Shown here piece by piece: positions 35,990-47,570 of a DNA stretch of 64,000 nucleotides. The DNA is taken from the NCBI GenBank assembly GCA_001599295.1, contig BCGN01000005.1, positions 186,001 to 250,000 of the forward strand. The letters run 5' to 3'. Below the pieces are notes generated by a model that was not told the DNA's origin, ran no database searches, and was given only the letters and a program-made list of their open reading frames with translations. The position numbers and the translations under genes were made by a program. Every line of letters begins with the position of its first letter. Position 1 is the first letter of the stretch. The stretch comes from Sporopachydermia quercuum. Lineage: Eukaryota.

Positions 35990-36695
35990 ATGCCAGTGCT
36001 GAAGAATATTGATTCGTTTATTGAGAAGTCTTCAATGTTGCTGGAAGCTCATCCTAGTACTGTAAGTGTATTTTGTTAGACTGCAACCAAGCAGAGATCA
36101 CCAATTGCTGAACGGGAATTTGTCTTCGTCAGTTTTGCTGGTTTCATTGGAAGCGTATTGTTGAATCTTCAAATGGAATTACTAGAATCTGGACTAATTA
36201 TTTATCACTTTGATTTAGACACGAGTGACAACAACATATAAGACAACTCCCTCTAAGACGTCAGATTCAAGAATAGGATATGCTACAGTGAAGGTTTTTG
36301 ACCCAGTATCAGGAGGATGTTTCAAAGTAACATTAAGAAAAGCTAAGCAACTAGCGAGAGTTCTTTCTGCATTAGGACCACGAACAGTGGAACTGACGAA
36401 AACAGTGCCAGCAGAGAAGACAGTTGGAAGCGCCATAAGAGAGACAGAAAATGATGAAGTGTCGATAGAGGAGAAAGTAGATTTCAAGAAAAAAGTCGAA
36501 TATAGAACGAAAACAGTGAAATTGGCTGGATTATCAAGCGTGATGGCGAATGTTGTTCCTATTGAAGAGGATCCTGTTTCTGCGAATACAGTTAGTAGTG
36601 CTTCTGCTCCTGATAGCACTAGTAATGCTACTAACTCCGCAAGCACAAATAGTAGTGCAGGTAAGAAGAATAAGAAGAAGAAGGGAAAGAAATAA
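35990..36695 (+). CDS. SRP21: Signal recognition particle subunit Srp21/SRP9; intron 36062-36218
   Basis: FIEKSSMLLEAHPST|TRVTTTY, VKVFDPVSGGCFK, LGPR, poly-K tail; convergent with SSH4 as in S. cerevisiae. Confidence 0.9.
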
Positions 36696-36930
36696 TTGAA
36701 GTGTACGAGATAATCATGAAGCAAATTAGATAATATGTTCCGTATTGGCCTGTTGGTAATTCGAAACCCTTTTTTATAAATTTATAAACCATTGAGCAGT
36801 ATTCCATACTTCATTTAATTACTGTACTCTTTTTCCCATACCCCAGTACTATACATTAAATTATTTCATTCTTCCCTAATCGTACTATATTATTCTATAT
36901 TACAAATCGTAGCCTATATCACACATGTCA

Positions 36931-38409
36931 TCATCTCTGAAGTAATGGTTGCGTTTCAGTAGCTTCAATGTCCTCTCGACTGTCGTCACTGCTGCTATCT
37001 ACTATATAACTGCTTGTATCATCGCCATTCGATCTAGTCAGATTTAGTATAGCATCTACTGATGATGCCGAATGATATGATGGTGGTAGACTCGCAGCTT
37101 TCAGTCTCCTGGATGCTGAGTTTGGTCTTCTGTTACTTATATCACGAGATGTACTACCTGTTTCATTTATACGGTACATATCTTCCGTACCGTAATAAAA
37201 TGGTGGAGGAGATCCACCAAATAGATATTTACTTAGATTAGCTTGCCGTGAAGCAGAAGGACCAAAACTGATTTCACCTCGTAGACCACGAAGCCCTGGC
37301 TCCAATCTACCGTTAACATCTCTTGGAACTGTGGGCTGTTGAGGTATTGAACTACCAATATTATTATTACCATTATTACTTGGGCCGGTTTCTGAAGCAC
37401 TTTCTAGTAGTATATCAGCTCCTGCATCGGTATATGTAGGAGGAACACCCAATGTGCCTTCACCAGCAAAACCCCATTTCTCAACATTTGCTTGAATAAA
37501 AACGTATCCTCGCTGTCCGAAGTTTGCCCAGGTAGAGCATGGACCATTTGAACCTATAGCTGGGAACAAATTGAATTTTTTCCAGCCACTGACACATTCA
37601 GGTAACTTTTTACCATTATGCGTGAAGAAAAACCTACCAGATCGATGTTTATATGCAAGACCAACTACATCTCCTTGCTGTAGTTTGGGATATGGAGGAG
37701 TAGAAGGTAAGAACATGTCAAATGGTTCATTTATCCTCAAATGGCCTGTTGATTCATAACCAAATGACATGATAGAGGAACCAGGAAGGGTGAAAGTAGG
37801 GTATGGTGTTGTGACTGCTCCTATAGACAGTTTCGATCCTTCAGGTAATTCAGCTATTTTCACTTCGATATAATGTACCTCTTTTGTCCTAGGGAAAGGT
37901 AGATTCGTTATTACAGTACAGTCGACTGTATCAAAGAAATCTGTATCTGTTCCAGAAGTAATGTGAGTTCTATCAAATGAAAAGCTATCACTTTGAAAAC
38001 TCCAAGCTGCCAAACCTTTTTCTTCAACAACTACTTGCTCCGAAGGTGAGAGCTCATCAGATGATAAATCCGGAGGAAGACTTTGCTGAAAGATGCGTGC
38101 TCTTAGATAATTCACTCGGTCATATTCATCAAGTAAAGGTAAAGCCTGTTCTTCTTGTTCTCTGATTCTTTCTTCAAGTAGTCTTTCTTCTTCATCGGGT
38201 TCTAACTCCATTGAAAACCACCTGGCTCCTGTGTATGTACATAGCCAAATGTATATGCAAGCTAGTAGGATGACTAAGAAGAAAGTACCGAATCCAGAGA
38301 CTAAACCTACTAGTAGGGGAACATTCACCTCATCATCAATAAACATTAAAGTTGAAATCCGAGCTATGACGCTACTAAACAGCAAACCTATTCCATCCAG
38401 CAGTATCAT
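36931..38409 (-). CDS. SSH4: SPRY-domain Rsp5 adaptor Ssh4/Ear1
   Basis: N-terminal TM helix, SPRY domain (TNLP, PYPTFTLPG, QGDVVG, FFTHNGKKL, NFGQRGYVFIQANV), PY motifs PPTY and PPSY. Confidence 0.85.
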   Translation of the reverse strand: MILLDGIGLLFSSVIARISTLMFIDDEVNVPLLVGLVSGFGTFFLVILLACIYIWLCTYTGARWFSMELEPDEEERLLEERIREQEEQALPLLDEYDRVNYLRARIFQQSLPPDLSSDELSPSEQVVVEEKGLAAWSFQSDSFSFDRTHITSGTDTDFFDTVDCTVITNLPFPRTKEVHYIEVKIAELPEGSKLSIGAVTTPYPTFTLPGSSIMSFGYESTGHLRINEPFDMFLPSTPPYPKLQQGDVVGLAYKHRSGRFFFTHNGKKLPECVSGWKKFNLFPAIGSNGPCSTWANFGQRGYVFIQANVEKWGFAGEGTLGVPPTYTDAGADILLESASETGPSNNGNNNIGSSIPQQPTVPRDVNGRLEPGLRGLRGEISFGPSASRQANLSKYLFGGSPPPFYYGTEDMYRINETGSTSRDISNRRPNSASRRLKAASLPPSYHSASSVDAILNLTRSNGDDTSSYIVDSSSDDSREDIEATETQPLLQR

Positions 38410-40001
38410 TGTGTTGTGTTGTACTGTGTTGTGCTGTGATGCGTTCTATAGTCTTGGTGAAGTAAGAGCGGTTCTATTAACCCTTTAGTACATTCAATGA
38501 AACCATTAAAATATGAACAACGAAGGATAACTGGCCTTTACTAAGGAGCTAATATACGTTTTCAAACTGATTCAGTTCCTTATTATTACCTCAGCCAAGT
38601 GGTATTGATAGAAATGTGCAAACAAGGAACGCCAATGAATGAGTTTGGTTGTATTCGCTATACTGATAATACAAAGCTCGATCTTTCTTCTGAAGGGAGC
38701 GTTTTGCCAATAATCTTACAGCTAAGACGACAACTTTATGCTAATCTTAAATAAGTCAGATAACTTGGAGTCTTCCTTGGCAACCTTTAAAAATGTGATC
38801 TAGTTTCTCGTAATTTCTGGTTTAACAAAATCCTGTTAAAACAAAGAATGAGTGACTGTGAAATGCAAGTGAATATGGCAAATTTGAAGAATGCAACTGA
38901 AAAGTACCAATAAACTCAAAGGGTTAGAGAGGAAAGTAGCATATGGTCCTCAGATTAAAATATTTCTTTGTAATGATTGTTGAGCTCAGAAAATAGTTTT
39001 CTTCACGTATTTGCCGTCGTTAAAATAGTTTAGCTTATCAGACAGAGATTTCTCTAGCATTGCAAATAGAAAGAAGCAATCCATTTATTACATGACTTCC
39101 AAACTTGACTTCTTTGTGGAGACCAGAAATGGGGTGAGATGTGAAGTTAACTCAAACTCAAAGTGGATTATTGGTTACATAATCAGTATTACATAAACAG
39201 TTATCATAAAGTTTTTGGTTGCTATGGCATTGCATTGACTTTATATTTGAAAACAATGAGAAATTGGGTAAGGATAAACAATACAAGGTGAATGGTAATG
39301 AATCCTGGTTTGTGAATGGTTTCACCTCTTCCTTCTTATGAGACGGGTGACAAATATACTGGGTAAGTGGGAGTATGAGTTTTAAGAATTTATAGGAATG
39401 ATAAGATATTATTTAATATAACTAAAGTAATTGCAATTGCTATATACAGTGAGAATTATCATAATAGATAGCACGGATCAAAGCAATAGCTGTACCATAA
39501 TATCTACTCCAGAAAAGGGACTACATACATTTAATACTTAAGAGTCGGACACACCTTCTATTGTCATAAAGTAANCTACTGGGATTAGTTTGCATTATAC
39601 TAGAATTTTAGTAAGAACTTCTAACCAACATCAGTTCGTTGGAGGATGCATCTATAGCAGAATACAAGTAAAAGAAACTATCTGTATTTTGTTGTTGAAA
39701 CAACAACCATTGGAACTGAATCTTGGAGATCTCAAGTCGATATCAAACAGGAAGCTACTATTTCGATAACAGGAATCCATCTACTGGAAGTCAAGCTCGC
39801 TGGATTCTTATAATTTGACTCATTGGAGGATCAAACTGAGTATACCCAATCTAATGTACAGTTGAGAATCATTAATAATCGAGACGACTCTTAGAGTATA
39901 TTCATAACAAGTGTGAGACTGATCAACTCATAATCCAGAAACTGATCAAAACACATTCCATTGCTAATAATATCAACACATAATTGCTTTAATCAACAAA
40001 G

Positions 40002-42062
40002 ATGCCTCACTACAGAAACAACTCATTGTCCTCATTGGATCTCTCATCTATTGAATTGACAGATAATTTATTCAAAGCAAGACAAGTGTCCCGAGCTAAC
40101 GACGAATTCTACCATGATGCACAACCAAAGGCAGATAGAGGAAATAGATCAAGATCAGGAATCCCATCGCAGAAAAGATACGGAAATGATAGAGAGAATA
40201 AACACTGTAAAACATACAAGGATGACCTATCATTAGTCTTTGATCGTCATAAACCGAAAACTCGATCAAACAGAATATTGGATGGTATTATTTCACCAGA
40301 TATTAGTTTACCTGAACTAAATAAGCATTTCCATGACTTCTCCATGAATGGCATGACATCAAGCTCCATGAAGTCAGATATGAACTTCTCTATGGAATTA
40401 CCACGATTTGCACCTAATGAAGAATATCGTAACTATGAAAAACCTATATCGATATCTTCGACTCCACCTGTCAAACAAACTAATATTGGTGATAATTTCA
40501 AGTTTAATGAGGCTGATCTCCTCAATCAAAAGAATCAACAATTACGCGATGCTCAGTTTGCCGCAATGAACATCCCCACAAACTTTAGAGATGAAGATTC
40601 TTTTTTATCTGACTTAGGTATACCTACTTATAAGTCTGATCGAAATAAAGGCACAACGAATGCCAATACCCACAATAACTTTGGTTTTAAAAAACCCGAA
40701 CCACTAAAGCAATCAGAATTCACAGCAGATTTACCATCTGGATACTCTTCATTGTTTTCCTTAGGTCCTATTGGCAAGGGAACAAACCAACCATTAAGTG
40801 AAACACATAAACATATTGAATCAGTCCCAGCCTTAGCAACAGATCGTGCTCTTACATCAGCCATTTTCAAACTTAAGAATAATTATCTATTAGAGGCAGA
40901 ACAAAACGAACAGTTACGTCAGAAGTTAACAGAGATGAATCAATTTGTGGAGAAATACCAAAAATATAAATCATACGCTATTAAAATGGCTTCGCAAGTG
41001 AATGAACTTAAGAATGAGAACGAACAATTGAAAGCTGAACTGTATGCCTTGAAAACGTCAAGAGGATCAAGATCAAATGCAAAATATTCCAGTAAGAGTA
41101 AAAAGACTGGTAGTAGAAGAAAGAACGTTGGTGTTTATGCCAGTCCAGCTTCTATTTCCTCTCGAATGTCGAATTCTAGTTCAAGTTCAAGTAAAGAACG
41201 AGCAATGAAAAATGAGGTCTCAAACCTCAAACGGCAGATGAAGGAACTGAAGAAGAGATATAAATCTGATGCTGAAGAAGGTTATTCTAGTAGTGAAGAA
41301 GAGTTCGAAGAGTCTGAATACACTGATGATTCTGATTACAATGAGAATGAGGATTTAGCTGATAAATCAATCATGGGTTTGAAAAGTGAGTTGCATCGTA
41401 TCAAAGAAATTATTTCATTGAAGAATCGACTTAAAGAGCTATCGGACAAACAATCCAAACAAGGTCAGAAAAATGTTTTAGAAGATCCAGAGAATGATGA
41501 GCTTGCTAACATTTGGGCCGAGTTTAAACATTTGAAACTGAATAGAAGAAGACCAACTTCATCATTTAATCAAAAGTATGGTCATAAAGCAAACACCCAA
41601 TCAAGTGGAAAGTTACTAAATAGACTGGAGGCTCAATTACCTCCTCATGCTTGTTCTTCGTGTCCTAGTAATAAGAATAAGCATATTATTTTAGATGACG
41701 AGTGGGAGGAAGAACCAACACCACGTCCAGATATGTCACCAGAGGAATCAATAAAGTATTTGTTGAAGGATATTAGTTCAGAACATACAAGTCTGCAACA
41801 GCAATGTGCAAAGCTGCTGAATGGGTACATGACAGCAGTTAGGGATAACAAAGGGTATGTTAGTAAGAAAAGTAGAAAGAGAGTAATCTCCGAGGTTCAG
41901 AAAGTCCTTGGTGATTTAGATAGGAAAGAAGACCAATTATACGCGTTGAGAGATTTCATCGATGGGGAAGATCTTGTATTTGATGATATTGAAAACGATA
42001 ACGACTCCGTTCAGCAAGATGGTCTAACAATGGATCTGATTGGAAAGCATAAGTGGATTTGA
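40002..42062 (+). CDS. Coiled-coil protein with a C-terminal Cep57 microtubule-binding-like domain (Ppc89-like spindle pole body protein)
   Basis: Central coiled coils; C-terminus EEPTPRP..LLKDISSEH..RKRV..LDRKEDQLYALRDF resembles the fungal Cep57_MT_bd pattern as I recall it. Confidence 0.65.
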   Translation: MPHYRNNSLSSLDLSSIELTDNLFKARQVSRANDEFYHDAQPKADRGNRSRSGIPSQKRYGNDRENKHCKTYKDDLSLVFDRHKPKTRSNRILDGIISPDISLPELNKHFHDFSMNGMTSSSMKSDMNFSMELPRFAPNEEYRNYEKPISISSTPPVKQTNIGDNFKFNEADLLNQKNQQLRDAQFAAMNIPTNFRDEDSFLSDLGIPTYKSDRNKGTTNANTHNNFGFKKPEPLKQSEFTADLPSGYSSLFSLGPIGKGTNQPLSETHKHIESVPALATDRALTSAIFKLKNNYLLEAEQNEQLRQKLTEMNQFVEKYQKYKSYAIKMASQVNELKNENEQLKAELYALKTSRGSRSNAKYSSKSKKTGSRRKNVGVYASPASISSRMSNSSSSSSKERAMKNEVSNLKRQMKELKKRYKSDAEEGYSSSEEEFEESEYTDDSDYNENEDLADKSIMGLKSELHRIKEIISLKNRLKELSDKQSKQGQKNVLEDPENDELANIWAEFKHLKLNRRRPTSSFNQKYGHKANTQSSGKLLNRLEAQLPPHACSSCPSNKNKHIILDDEWEEEPTPRPDMSPEESIKYLLKDISSEHTSLQQQCAKLLNGYMTAVRDNKGYVSKKSRKRVISEVQKVLGDLDRKEDQLYALRDFIDGEDLVFDDIENDNDSVQQDGLTMDLIGKHKWI

Positions 42063-42260
42063 AGAGTCGGACACATTTCATCATCAGATACAAANATGAT
42101 AATCTATTCTCATTCTAACTAAACTATGATTCTGAAAATCGTCATATCAATCGTCATATCAAATTAAATATTTCAAAAATGTATTCTATTATAATGTATA
42201 TTGTATTTTTATTCCAAGATTGCTTTCCAATAGGTAGTCACATGACATTTACTCACCTTT

Positions 42261-42303
42261 TCGTATAATTCGTATACGCTCGTTCAATCAGTAAATTAAA
42301 CGA
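42261..42303. promoter_or_regulatory. Cluster of Upc2-type sterol regulatory elements
   Basis: TCGTATA at 42261 and 42270, TAAACGA (reverse TCGTTTA) at 42297, about 1.1 kb upstream of ERG5. Confidence 0.6.
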
Positions 42304-43352
42304 CAGACAATCAAGTTACCCTGTTTTTTCACTGAAAAGAGCTGTCATCTGATTGTCTGATAACCATTTGAAGTAAATAATGCCAATCGAATGTCATACC
42401 AAAGCTGAAAAAAAAAATAATGTTATAATTATTCAGACATACATTTTGAATATAATACAAGTAAAGTATTTGTCTGCTTGTTTGTAAATAATACAATAGT
42501 CACACCGTCAGCTTGATCAAACAGATAATTCAACCTCAAATCTTACCTAAGGTCAATACAATATATAGAAAAAGTTGCCATACAGTGGGAAAAATATTGT
42601 TCATACGATACTCTCTTGTTAGAAAAGGGTCTACTAAATATTTCGGCACACTGTAATTTATTTATACTTATACTACAAATGGGAATTTCGGCCAAACAAG
42701 AAAGTCTGGAAAGTTACAAGGCCCTCTAAACTTCTTTCTAGGAATTACATTCCAAAGCATAAAAACAAGGATCCTGAATAAAGGATGTATATTTTTCCTA
42801 GGTACCAATGGGAGTAAGTGAAAGAAATTTCTACGGTTAGAACTTTATATTTTTATATCGACAGTTATTTCAATCTACGTTTTTTTTACTTTAAGAATGA
42901 GAAACTCATTTTTTTACAGCTGTACCTACAGTATGCTCTTACCTGAGCGAGCAATATTATGCACAATATGCATAATACCAAGTCTATGCATTCATTTTGG
43001 CCGAGTATGAGACCCTTCTACCTAAAGTCTACTCTCGTGCTGTAAACAGAAAGGCTCACCACTTTCCTTCTTTCCTCTTTGTTGTTTATCCCAATTAAAA
43101 CGCCTGAATTAATAAGATAAACTACGTAAACACTTATAAAGGTATTGGAAGAATCGATAGTGACTCGATCGGAACTTTTATATCTCTATATGTTTTCATT
43201 TTAACGTGATTATGTGTTTGGCTTTCGTTTTATCATCAAATTCATAATCAATTCTAACATCAACATAGTACAGTACAGAATCAGTGGTGTGGTGTATTGA
43301 TAGGCGGATATAGACATAAATCAAAAGTTGAGAAGTACATTCAGCATCGAAG

Positions 43353-44957
43353 ATGAGTGCAGGAGTTATTGGATTAAAGATGGAGTCTTTGTTGAACTCA
43401 ACATCTTTGCCGTTGATGCAGAATATTTTGCCAAAGGTGCAAGAATCAGTTGGACCTTGGACAATTTTTTTCACATTAGTGGTTGGACTCGTTCTATATG
43501 ATCAAGTTGCATATTTGGTTAAGAAAGGATCAATTGCTGGTCCAGCTTTCAAGGTTTGGCCTATTATGGGCCCTTTTATGGAGTCATTAGATCCAAAGTT
43601 TGAAGAATATCAAGCCAAGTGGGCTTCTGGTGACTTGTCGTGTGTTTCAGTTTTTCATAAATTCGTTGTTATTGCATCAACTAGAGATTTAGCTAGGAAG
43701 ATTTTTAATGCACCAAGATATGTTAAGCCATGTGTTGTTGATGTTGCTGTGAAGATTTTGAGACCTTCCAACTGGGTTTTCTTGGATGGTAAGGCTCATG
43801 TTGATTATCGTAAAGCTCTCAATGGTTTATTCACAAGAAAGGCTTTAGCTGTGTATTTACCAAAGCAAGAAGAATTGTATGACCAATATATTGAAAAATT
43901 TCTGCAAGTGTCAAAAGAGAATGGTGCAGAACCATTTTTCCATCATTTCCGTGAAATCAACTGCGCTGTCTCTTTGAAGACTTTCTGCGGTGACTACATT
44001 ACTGACGACCAAGTGGTTGATATTGCTGATAATTATTACAGGGTTACGGCTGCTATGGAATTGGTAAATTTCCCTATTATTCTTCCTTATACCAAAACCT
44101 GGTACGGAAAAGTTATTGCTGATAAGACAATGGGTATCTTCGAAGGATGTGCTGCGCAAGCAAAGAAGCATATTGCGAATGGAGGCCAAGCTACCTGTAC
44201 ACTTGATTCCTGGGCTAAATTGATTCACGATGCTCAAAATAATGTTAACGATGGAGAAGTGTCTGATGCTGACCGTAAGTTCCTAGTTAGAGATTTCACT
44301 AACCGTGAGATGTCTGAAGCTATTTTCACTTTCTTATTCGCTTCTCAAGATGCCTCTTCCTCATGTACTACATGGTTATTCCAAATTGCAGCTGATCGAC
44401 CAGATGTGTTAGCAAAGATTAGAGAAGAGCAATTGGCTGTTCGTAGTAATGATCCTTCAGCCCGCCTTACCCTTGACATGATTGACAGGATGGAATATAC
44501 TCATGCTGTTGTCAAGGAATGCCTTAGATACAGACCTCCTGTCATTATGGTCCCTTATGTTGCCAAACAAAACTACCCTGTAACCCCTGATTATACTGTT
44601 CCTAAGGGTGCTATGGTCATTCCAACTACCTACCCAGCATTACACGACCCTGAAGTTTACGAAAACCCAGAAGAATTTATTCCTGAAAGATGGTTAGATC
44701 CTGAATCAACCGCTAACAAAGGTACCAAAAACTGGCTTGTTTTCGGAACCGGGCCTCATGTTTGTTTAGGTCAAACTTATGCCATGATGCATTTCATGTC
44801 TATGATTGGTAAGTTTGCTATGTATACTGACTTCAAACATTCAGTTACTCCTAAGTCTGAAGAAATTAAAGTTTTTGCTACTATTTTCCCACAAGATGAT
44901 TGTATTTTGGAATTCACTCGCAGAGATCCTTTAACTGGAAAGACTCTGCCTTATTAG
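43353..44957 (+). CDS. ERG5: Sterol C-22 desaturase CYP61
   Basis: SCVSVFHKFVVIAS, NWVFLDGKAH, TFLFASQDA, ECLRYRPP, FGTGPHVCLG; start could be 43380. Confidence 0.98.
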   Translation: MSAGVIGLKMESLLNSTSLPLMQNILPKVQESVGPWTIFFTLVVGLVLYDQVAYLVKKGSIAGPAFKVWPIMGPFMESLDPKFEEYQAKWASGDLSCVSVFHKFVVIASTRDLARKIFNAPRYVKPCVVDVAVKILRPSNWVFLDGKAHVDYRKALNGLFTRKALAVYLPKQEELYDQYIEKFLQVSKENGAEPFFHHFREINCAVSLKTFCGDYITDDQVVDIADNYYRVTAAMELVNFPIILPYTKTWYGKVIADKTMGIFEGCAAQAKKHIANGGQATCTLDSWAKLIHDAQNNVNDGEVSDADRKFLVRDFTNREMSEAIFTFLFASQDASSSCTTWLFQIAADRPDVLAKIREEQLAVRSNDPSARLTLDMIDRMEYTHAVVKECLRYRPPVIMVPYVAKQNYPVTPDYTVPKGAMVIPTTYPALHDPEVYENPEEFIPERWLDPESTANKGTKNWLVFGTGPHVCLGQTYAMMHFMSMIGKFAMYTDFKHSVTPKSEEIKVFATIFPQDDCILEFTRRDPLTGKTLPY

Positions 44958-45238
44958 GCAGATTAGAATATACACATAGATCGATTTTGTAATTGTTTGT
45001 AATTGTTTATATTTTGTGGATCCGTTCACCATTGTTTTGGTTTCAAGTTGGGGTTGGTGATTATATATTCACTAGTTAATAAAATGTATTTCTTTTTTCA
45101 ACTTACTGTTGCCTTACTGTTGATTATCTTAGTAAGCATCCATCTGTATAGGCATACTGCTGTAGACACCATAGTAATTGAATTCATTTCAATATATCAT
45201 TGTACATTACATTATCACATCTATCATAAACATTAACA

Positions 45239-45985
45239 TTAACTACCACCATAAGTACAAACCATAATTTCTCTCAATTCATTCAATCCAGCTTTTATAG
45301 TCATGAGCTCAGCAGTGACTGCATCTGGTAGTTTCTTAAAATGCTCAGTGTCGGATACGTCAGCAAACAGCTCACCGTACATCCCTCGAAGAATAGATAT
45401 CAAGGCATAAAATCTCAGTTGTAAAGCCATATAAAGCCTATACGTTCTAGAATAGTTCCTCTTCGACACAGCGATATTAGCGGCCGCTATTTTCTCATTG
45501 GTAATTCTCGTTATTTGTTTTTCATACAATGATGATCTTACTAATTTCAAAGTTTGTTCAATTGCTTGCATATAGTACTCTATCATTGTAAAGGTTGCTG
45601 TTTTCTTTTTCATCTGTATGTTGATGTTTTTCTTAAGCCTTTCTCGTTGGTCCAGTAACTCTTTCACTCTCGAGTCATCTAGATACCTTGATAACGAAGT
45701 CTTATCGCTAATATCTGATAAACAGGAATCTTCATCATTTGAATTTGAGCTTTCATCTTCATTTTCGGTATCATTGTGGAGTTTTGCATTCCCGTTATTG
45801 CTTATACTGTGAAGATCGTCAGTTTTAACGTCTGAAGGTATATGAATACCTAGTTGATCAGTTACTAGACATAGTCTGTCTTTTGCTTCTCGATTCTGTT
45901 GTAGCAATGACGTTAGTTCATCAATCAGGCTAAACACCTGAGACAAATCCTCTGTCTGAGGTAGAAATATCTGCTGTTGTGACAT
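45239..45985 (-). CDS. Small coiled-coil protein, possibly Far3/Far7 (STRIPAK) family
   Basis: N-terminal helix LSQVFSLIDELTSLLQQNREAKDRL resembles the Far3 N-terminus; acidic linker, second coiled coil; ATG at 45985. Confidence 0.45.
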   Translation of the reverse strand: MSQQQIFLPQTEDLSQVFSLIDELTSLLQQNREAKDRLCLVTDQLGIHIPSDVKTDDLHSISNNGNAKLHNDTENEDESSNSNDEDSCLSDISDKTSLSRYLDDSRVKELLDQRERLKKNINIQMKKKTATFTMIEYYMQAIEQTLKLVRSSLYEKQITRITNEKIAAANIAVSKRNYSRTYRLYMALQLRFYALISILRGMYGELFADVSDTEHFKKLPDAVTAELMTIKAGLNELREIMVCTYGGS

Positions 45986-47537
45986 TGTGGGTTTGAAATC
46001 CTTTGAAGAATTGTTGAATATTAATGATAAACGTAAGTAACTGATAGTATGATAACTTTGGTCCACAATAGATCCTGTAAATAGCTAGATAGTACATTGG
46101 TCCCTGATTAAACAGGAAACGATTCAATTGTCCAAGACAATAATAGTTTCCGAAATGATGACAATACTTGTAAGGGGTATCTCAGGAGATAGAAAATTTC
46201 ATGCATAGCAATGCGGAGCAATGCAAGGAAAATTTTTTAAGTTAAATAATATTTTATCGCAAGGTTGTTTATACCGAAGGCATAGAAATGAACTATTGGC
46301 CATCTCTATGTGCTTTGACAGAAAGATAGTTTGACTGATTGAATGAATACCTTATTCCTTATTCATCCTGATGTCTTGTGATTGAAAAAATGAAAGTTCA
46401 AAAAATACGCTTCAGAGAAAGCTTTTTACTAGATTTTTGTTTAATGCTTTATTCAAGGAAATGAGATCAATATTAAAACAGCATGTGATTGACCTCTCAT
46501 TGATTTCAAATATAGCTTATACTATACTAGTACATAACACTATTGATTCACAATTCGCTAAAATATCCTCACATACTGACACATTTTTTTCTGCAACTGA
46601 ATTTTTGGTTAGATTATTATGAATGCTGTACTTTCAACTACTTTTACATATCCAGTTTCATTCCATTCTTTGTAACAGTCGAATGATTAGATTTTCAGGA
46701 ATTTTCTTTTCCTGAAGAAAATTTTACCTGCTATGTTGGTAATGTTCGGCCGAGGACGTTGAGGTCCAAAATGGGTCGTAAAGTTTGTTTCTCGGGGATC
46801 CATCAAGAAATTGACTTTCCTCATCACCAATTAATGGAGATCCTGCCGTACTTGTTTCATACAATTCTCANCATAAGGAAATACAAAGAGTAACTCGTCA
46901 TCTTAATTTTCTTAATTCATTATCAAGTTTTGCTGTATCGTTTTGNTGCTATATTCCAATAGCTACTTTGAAAACAGCCATTACTTTTTCTCGTTAAGAA
47001 AAGTCTGATGACTGTCATGTCATATGAAAAGAATGTGCTTTTCGCAGGCTAATTTCAGAAATTCAAACTTTATTCGAGAATCGTTTACCGAGAGAATATT
47101 ATGGCTTGTTTTCAGATAATTACCACTTTTAGAAGATACTGCAGGAAAGCTGCATCAAATTTGCACTAAATGACAAACTATAATAATGGGATTGAGTAGT
47201 TGAATAACCGATAATATATAGTAATACAATGGTAGTTAAACACATCGAGATGCAATTCAAAGATAAAAATACTCTTCTTATCACGTTAATGAAGTTTTCA
47301 ACAGCTTCTCATATTATTTTGTGATTTATTCACATTTCATTCTTTTCTTCGTTTATCAGATAGACAAACTTTATTTAACGTTTTAAACTAAAATTGAAAT
47401 TTTTCTCACGAACATNAACTAAGTTGGTTCCGTACAATCATTTCTCTGCAAGTCTCGTTTTTCTGATTTTTCTTCTCCTGATACTTTCTTTCTCACATAT
47501 CTCATCTTGTCACATTATNAGAACATATCTGGAGGAA

Positions 47538-47570
47538 ATGAATACCTGGCAAATATCTTTGTTTGTTTAG
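47538..47570 (+). promoter_or_regulatory. uORF MNTWQISLFV* upstream of HNM1
   Basis: ATG 47538 to TAG 47570, ending 41 nt before the main ATG. Confidence 0.4.
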
